Below, one piece after another: positions 60,671 to 64,000 of a DNA stretch of 64,000 nucleotides; within the stretch, counting starts at the first letter, position 1, and every line of letters starts with the position of its first letter. The DNA comes from Elusimicrobiota bacterium. GTDB lineage: Bacteria > Elusimicrobiota > Elusimicrobia > UBA1565. The stretch is from positions 841-64,840 of the forward strand of contig JACRDU010000097.1 in assembly GCA_016218495.1 (NCBI GenBank), read 5' to 3'. The notes beneath the pieces were generated by a model. It was given only the letters and a program-made list of their open reading frames with translations, did not search any database and was not told the DNA's origin. The position numbers were made by a program, and so were the translations under genes.

Positions 60671-61038
60671 CGGGCCAGCGCCTCGCGGATGAGCTCCACG
60701 AGGCGGCGCGGCTCGAAGGGCTTCTGGACGAAGTGGATGTTGTTGGTGAGCAGGAACTTGCGTTCCTCGTCGGAGAGCCGCTTGGCCGACAGCGCGAAGA
60801 GCGGGCCCTTCTCATGGCCGGTCTGCCGGAGGGAGCGCATCACGCTGATGCCGTCCATCTTCGGCATCATGATGTCCACCACGACGGCGTCGAAGGAGGC
60901 TCCCTGGACCGCGGCCAGGCCCTCCTGCGAGTCGTTGTAGGTGGTGACGGCGTACCCCTGGAACCCCAGCAGGGTCCCGGCGAGCTCGGTGAAGTCCCGC
61001 TCGTCGTCTATCAGGCAGATGCGCTTCGCCTCGGCCAT
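60667..61038 (-). CDS. Single-domain response regulator
   Basis: 123-aa ORF: ICLIDDERDF…AVVVDIMMPKMDG…FVQKPF. There is a 4-nt overlap with the NUDIX gene. Confidence 0.88.
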   Translation of the reverse strand: MAEAKRICLIDDERDFTELAGTLLGFQGYAVTTYNDSQEGLAAVQGASFDAVVVDIMMPKMDGISVMRSLRQTGHEKGPLFALSAKRLSDEERKFLLTNNIHFVQKPFEPRRLVELIREALAR

Positions 61039-61084
61039 GGTCCCCAGATTATAACGTTCTGACGGATTCGCGCCAGGGCGGCGG

Positions 61085-62614
61085 TCAGGCGATGACGCCG
61101 GCCTTGCGGGCCGCCTCGACCCGGGCTAGCATGCGGCGCTCCACGGCGGCCTCGAGGGCGGCGACGACCCCGTCGGAGCCCGCGGAGAGCTCTTCGACCT
61201 CGACCTTGGCCTTGAGGCGGTTGCGCTCGAGGACGCGCACGCCGGAGAGCTGGGCGGCGAGGCGCTCCTGCAGGGCCTTGGCCTCGCCCGTCGAGACCAT
61301 GACCAGGACGCCCTCGACGCGGGGCGGCGCCATCTCAGGGAGGAGGGCCTCTCCCTCCCGGGCGGCCCGGCGCAGTTGGGCCGCGCACTCCAGGCGCACG
61401 GTGCGCGACGAGCTCTCCGCCAGGCCGTGGGCCGCCGGATAGAGCTCGACGAAGGCGGCCGAAAGGCGCGGGGCCGCCGCGATGCCGGCCGAGCCCGCCA
61501 GCCCGGCGAAGGAGAAGGCCGGCACCGTGAAGCGGAAGGACGCCCCCTTTCCCTGCTCGGTCTCCACCCAGATGCGCCCGCCGGAGCGGATCACGATCTC
61601 CCGGCAGATGTACAGGCCCAGGCCCAGCCCTTTGCGCTCGCTGGACGCCGGCTTGACCCCCGAGGCCTGGTAGAGCCGGTCGAAGATGCGGCGGGCGTCC
61701 TCCGGCGGGAGGCCGGGGCCGGAATCGGTCACCGCCAGCATCAGCGCCCCGGGCTCGGGAGCGGGGAGGCAGTCCACCCTGACCGTCCCGCCCGACGGCG
61801 TGAACTTCAGGGCGTTGTCGACGAAATTCATCAGCACCTGGCGGACCCGGACCGGGTCGGCGAAGGCCGCCGCCCCCGGGACGCCCTCGCAGACCAGGCT
61901 CACGCCGCGCTCGTTGGCCGCCAGGCGCTTCTCGGCGGCGACCTCGGCGGCCAGGAGGGAGGCGTCCATGCGGCGCGGCTCGACGATGAGCTTGCCGGTC
62001 TCCGCGCGGGTCGCCTCGAGCAGGTCTTCCACCATGGCCCGGAGGTGCTCGGCGTTGCGCGAAGCGATGGCGCAGAGGCGCTTGAGCTCGGGGCGGGCGT
62101 CGCCGCCCACCCCGGAGGCGATCAGCTGGACGGCCTGGTAGACGGCGGTCAGCGGCGAACGCAGCTCGTGGCTGACGTGGTGGAGGAACTCCTCTTTGAT
62201 GCGCTCCGATTCGGCCCGGGCGCGGCGGCGCTCATAGGCGTAGCGCAGCGAGCGGACGATGCCGTGGGCGTCCATCGCCCCCTTGATCAGGTAGTCCTGG
62301 GCCCCGCCCTGGACGGCCTTGAGCGCGGTCTCCTCGTCGTCGAGGTGGGTCATCAGGACGATGGCCGCGTCGGGCACGGCCTCGATGAGGCGCGTGAAGG
62401 TGGCCAGGCCGCTGGAATCCGGCAGGTTCAGGTCGAGGACGACGACGCCGAAGGACTCCGCGTCGAGGCACTCGAGGGCGGCCTTCAGCGTCTGCACCCA
62501 GGCCACGGTGAACAGCCTGTCCTTCGCCGCGGCCAGCAGGGCCTGCACGAGCTTGGCCGAGACGAGGTCGTCCTCGATGAGGAGGACCTTGATGGGCTCG
62601 CCGTTGTCGCTCAC
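61085..62614 (-). CDS. Hybrid sensor: N-terminal receiver, HisKA, HATPase_c, and a ~140-aa C-terminal domain of unknown type
   Basis: 509-aa ORF. It has a receiver (VLLIEDD…VVLDLNLPDSSG…AQDYLIKG), the H-box HHVSHELRSPLTAV, an N-box NFVDNALKF, G-boxes DSGPGLP and GLGLGLYICR, and then an unassigned tail. Confidence 0.88.
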   Translation of the reverse strand: MSDNGEPIKVLLIEDDLVSAKLVQALLAAAKDRLFTVAWVQTLKAALECLDAESFGVVVLDLNLPDSSGLATFTRLIEAVPDAAIVLMTHLDDEETALKAVQGGAQDYLIKGAMDAHGIVRSLRYAYERRRARAESERIKEEFLHHVSHELRSPLTAVYQAVQLIASGVGGDARPELKRLCAIASRNAEHLRAMVEDLLEATRAETGKLIVEPRRMDASLLAAEVAAEKRLAANERGVSLVCEGVPGAAAFADPVRVRQVLMNFVDNALKFTPSGGTVRVDCLPAPEPGALMLAVTDSGPGLPPEDARRIFDRLYQASGVKPASSERKGLGLGLYICREIVIRSGGRIWVETEQGKGASFRFTVPAFSFAGLAGSAGIAAAPRLSAAFVELYPAAHGLAESSSRTVRLECAAQLRRAAREGEALLPEMAPPRVEGVLVMVSTGEAKALQERLAAQLSGVRVLERNRLKAKVEVEELSAGSDGVVAALEAAVERRMLARVEAARKAGVIA

Positions 62615-62634
62615 GGAGCCGATTGTACCACTAG

Positions 62635-63234
62635 CTAGAAGGTCTTGGCCCGTTTGCTCGTGAAGCGGAACAGGGCCCAGCCCAGTAGCCAGAAGAAGAC
62701 GGCCAGGCCGCCGGTCAGCATGACCCCCTTGCCCATGTCGGTCTCCTTCCAGGGCACGGGCGCCTCGTAGCTGACGTCCGGGGCGTCCCAGCGCGCGCGC
62801 ACGTCCTGGACGTCCCCGGCGGGGGCGAACTCCTTCTCCCCCGTCCGGCGCCGGCCGCCCAAGGAACGGCGAGAACCCGCCGCCTTGGCGCGCGGGCGCG
62901 ACGGGTCGACCGGAGGGGCCAGAGTGTCCATAGAAGGGCCACGCGGCATGTCGTCGGCCGGCGGCTCCGGAGCCGAGACCGCCTTGGCGAAATCCTGGGC
63001 GCTGTGGGCGGCGTCCTGCGCCGCCTTCGCCCAGCCGCGGGCGGCCACCTTGGCCTGGGGCAGCCCGGAGCGGGCGGCCCGCTCAAGGCCTCGGCGCTGG
63101 GACCAGACGAAGAACCCCGCCCCGATGAGGGCGCCGCACAACGCCCAGAGCGCCGGAGTCGCCCAGACGGGACGCTTCACGGGCTCTTCCTCGGGGGCGA
63201 CCAAGCCGAAGGCGCGGCGCGGTTCTTCCGCCAT
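62635..63234 (-). CDS. Hypothetical membrane protein (two TM helices)
   Basis: Tail of ORF 62635..63327, starting at ATG 63234 (MAEEPRRAFG…). TM helices are at WATPALWALCGALIGAGFFVW and at the C-terminal LTGGLAVFFWLLGWALF. No family recognised. Confidence 0.5.
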   Translation of the reverse strand: MAEEPRRAFGLVAPEEEPVKRPVWATPALWALCGALIGAGFFVWSQRRGLERAARSGLPQAKVAARGWAKAAQDAAHSAQDFAKAVSAPEPPADDMPRGPSMDTLAPPVDPSRPRAKAAGSRRSLGGRRRTGEKEFAPAGDVQDVRARWDAPDVSYEAPVPWKETDMGKGVMLTGGLAVFFWLLGWALFRFTSKRAKTF

Positions 63235-63446
63235 CAAACCTCTTATAACCCCGCGTCCGTCCGGCGTCAAGGCTCGGATTCTCCCCTGGGATTTTCCCCT
63301 TGAACGGAGGGAGGTGGGGGCGTACATTAGCGGGAGGTGATAGGCTGACCTGCCGCGGCGTCAGCGAGACCGGCAACGGGATTGGCAGGTCCGGCGGAAA
63401 TCTCAACGGAGGGCAAACAGGCCTGCTGCCCCCGCATTGCAGGGAA

Positions 63447-63471
63447 CCCCCCTCCCCCCCCCCTTCCCCCC
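63447..63471. repeat. Polypyrimidine homopolymer tract C6-T-C10-TT-C6 (G6-AA-G10-A-G6 on the minus strand)
   Basis: Read directly at 63447-63471, inside the 305-nt divergent intergenic region. Confidence 0.95.
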
Positions 63472-63504
63472 GTGGAAGACCCCGTTTATGTCAAATCGAG
63501 GGTA

Positions 63505-63533
63505 TTGCAATTCCGAGATTACGGCCCTATCTT
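63505..63533 (+). promoter_or_regulatory. Sigma-70-like promoter positioned for a leaderless transcript
   Basis: TTGCAA (63505-10), 17 nt, TATCTT (63528-33), then 6 nt before the A of ATG 63540. There is no Shine-Dalgarno sequence. Confidence 0.45.
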
Positions 63534-63539
63534 TCAGGT

Positions 63540-64000
63540 ATGGGCGAGGAGACACCCCCCCCTAAGAGGCGCGCTTGGGACACCCTTTCCCGTCACCTGC
63601 GGCGCAAGACCCACAACACCGACGCTCAGGCTCCGCCCCCCCCCGAAGCCCAGGCTCCGCCCCCCGTTCCCGAGCCCTCGGCGCGGGTCACCCAGCCCAT
63701 CATGCCCGATGAGGCGCGCCGGGCTTTGGACGCACCGCCCGACAAGGGCGGCGCCTCCCCTCTGCCCGCCTGGAAGACCGACGCCTTCAAGCTGACCGAG
63801 GAGCAGGCCAAGCGCGAGTTCGACCCTAAGGTGCAGATGACGCGCCTCATCGACCACGCGCGCAAGCGCCCCGTGGTCTCCACCTTGGTCCTGCTCACCG
63901 CCGTCGGCATCCTGGTGATGGACGCCCTGCTCATCGCCCGGAAGATGGGGGTCGACGAGTGGCTGATGATCAACTTCGAGCTGGGCAAGGACGAGTCCCG
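63540..64000 (+). CDS. Hypothetical membrane protein, N-terminal part (gene runs off the right edge)
   Basis: Not in the closed-ORF track. Hand translation gives MGEETPPPKRRAWDTLSRHLRRKTHNTDAQAPPPPEAQAPPPVPEPSARVTQPIMPDEARRALD…KRPVVSTLVLLTAVGILVMDALLIARKMGVDEWLMINFELGKDES…. It has no stops to nt 64000, high GC3 and one TM helix. Confidence 0.55.
   Translation, partial: MGEETPPPKRRAWDTLSRHLRRKTHNTDAQAPPPPEAQAPPPVPEPSARVTQPIMPDEARRALDAPPDKGGASPLPAWKTDAFKLTEEQAKREFDPKVQMTRLIDHARKRPVVSTLVLLTAVGILVMDALLIARKMGVDEWLMINFELGKDES

Noticed and set aside
63382-63795. A 137-aa plus-strand ORF (and minus-strand ORFs 63534..63857 and 63626..63988) in the right-hand intergenic/partial-gene region.
   Set aside because: It runs through the poly-C tract, giving PPPPPLPP and similar, and is out of frame with the better-supported open-ended ORF that starts at ATG 63540 with promoter geometry and a TM helix.

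Overview
This is a very GC-rich chromosomal segment (by eye about 65-70% G+C, not computed) from a diderm bacterium: several porin-like genes end in a C-terminal Phe. I saw no rRNA, tRNA, CRISPR array, transposase or integrase. Because of the GC content, every region carries long spurious ORFs in several frames. I accepted only frames with recognisable family motifs, sensible composition and operon logic (many 4-nt ATGA/GTGA start/stop overlaps).

Left to right:
- a partial membrane sensor, a short sigma-54-like protein, a secreted protein, an S1C/PDZ protease and two response regulators;
- a porin-pstS-pstC-pstA-pstB-phoU operon, a DUF4143 ATPase and an orphan OmpR/PhoB-type regulator;
- a secreted protein made of 20-aa repeats, then rluA-like and plsC;
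- a long minus-strand K+ operon (USP-like, porin, 32-codon ORF, kdpF, kdpA, kdpB, kdpC, an embedded EIIA(Ntr)/PtsN-like gene, kdpD, kdpE), divergent from kup.

The outstanding feature comes next. One uninterrupted 10,245-nt ORF (3,414 codons) fuses BatD-, BatA-, BatC- and BatB-like modules with a DUF58 module. It has three DxSxS MIDAS motifs, TPRs, about 12-13 hydrophobic segments and a ~1,200-aa helical region with a 3x repeat. It is followed by a MoxR AAA+ ATPase that carries an unusual ~275-aa N-terminal exported or anchored extension.

Further right:
- an orphan 489-aa protein, a promoter-plus-three-hairpin unit (candidate sRNA or leader) upstream of a PAS-GGDEF gene, and a proB-proA-Zn-ribbon-carbonic anhydrase-glycine-zipper operon;
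- a lower-GC HigB/HigA-type toxin-antitoxin pair and a Fur/PerR-rubrerythrin pair with two near-identical 8-1-8 palindromic boxes;
- a permease, a DmpA-type peptidase, gpmA and dut;
- an ATP-grasp::MFS fusion divergent from a second MFS gene, a NUDIX/response-regulator/hybrid-kinase cluster, and a partial gene with a textbook leaderless-type promoter.

Four proteins (the giant ORF, MoxR, ATP-grasp::MFS and MFS) share a similar N-terminal signal-peptide plus Ala/Pro/Ser-rich leader. I regard this, together with the giant fusion, as the most novel signal in the window. All family assignments come from motif recognition by eye; no database search was run.
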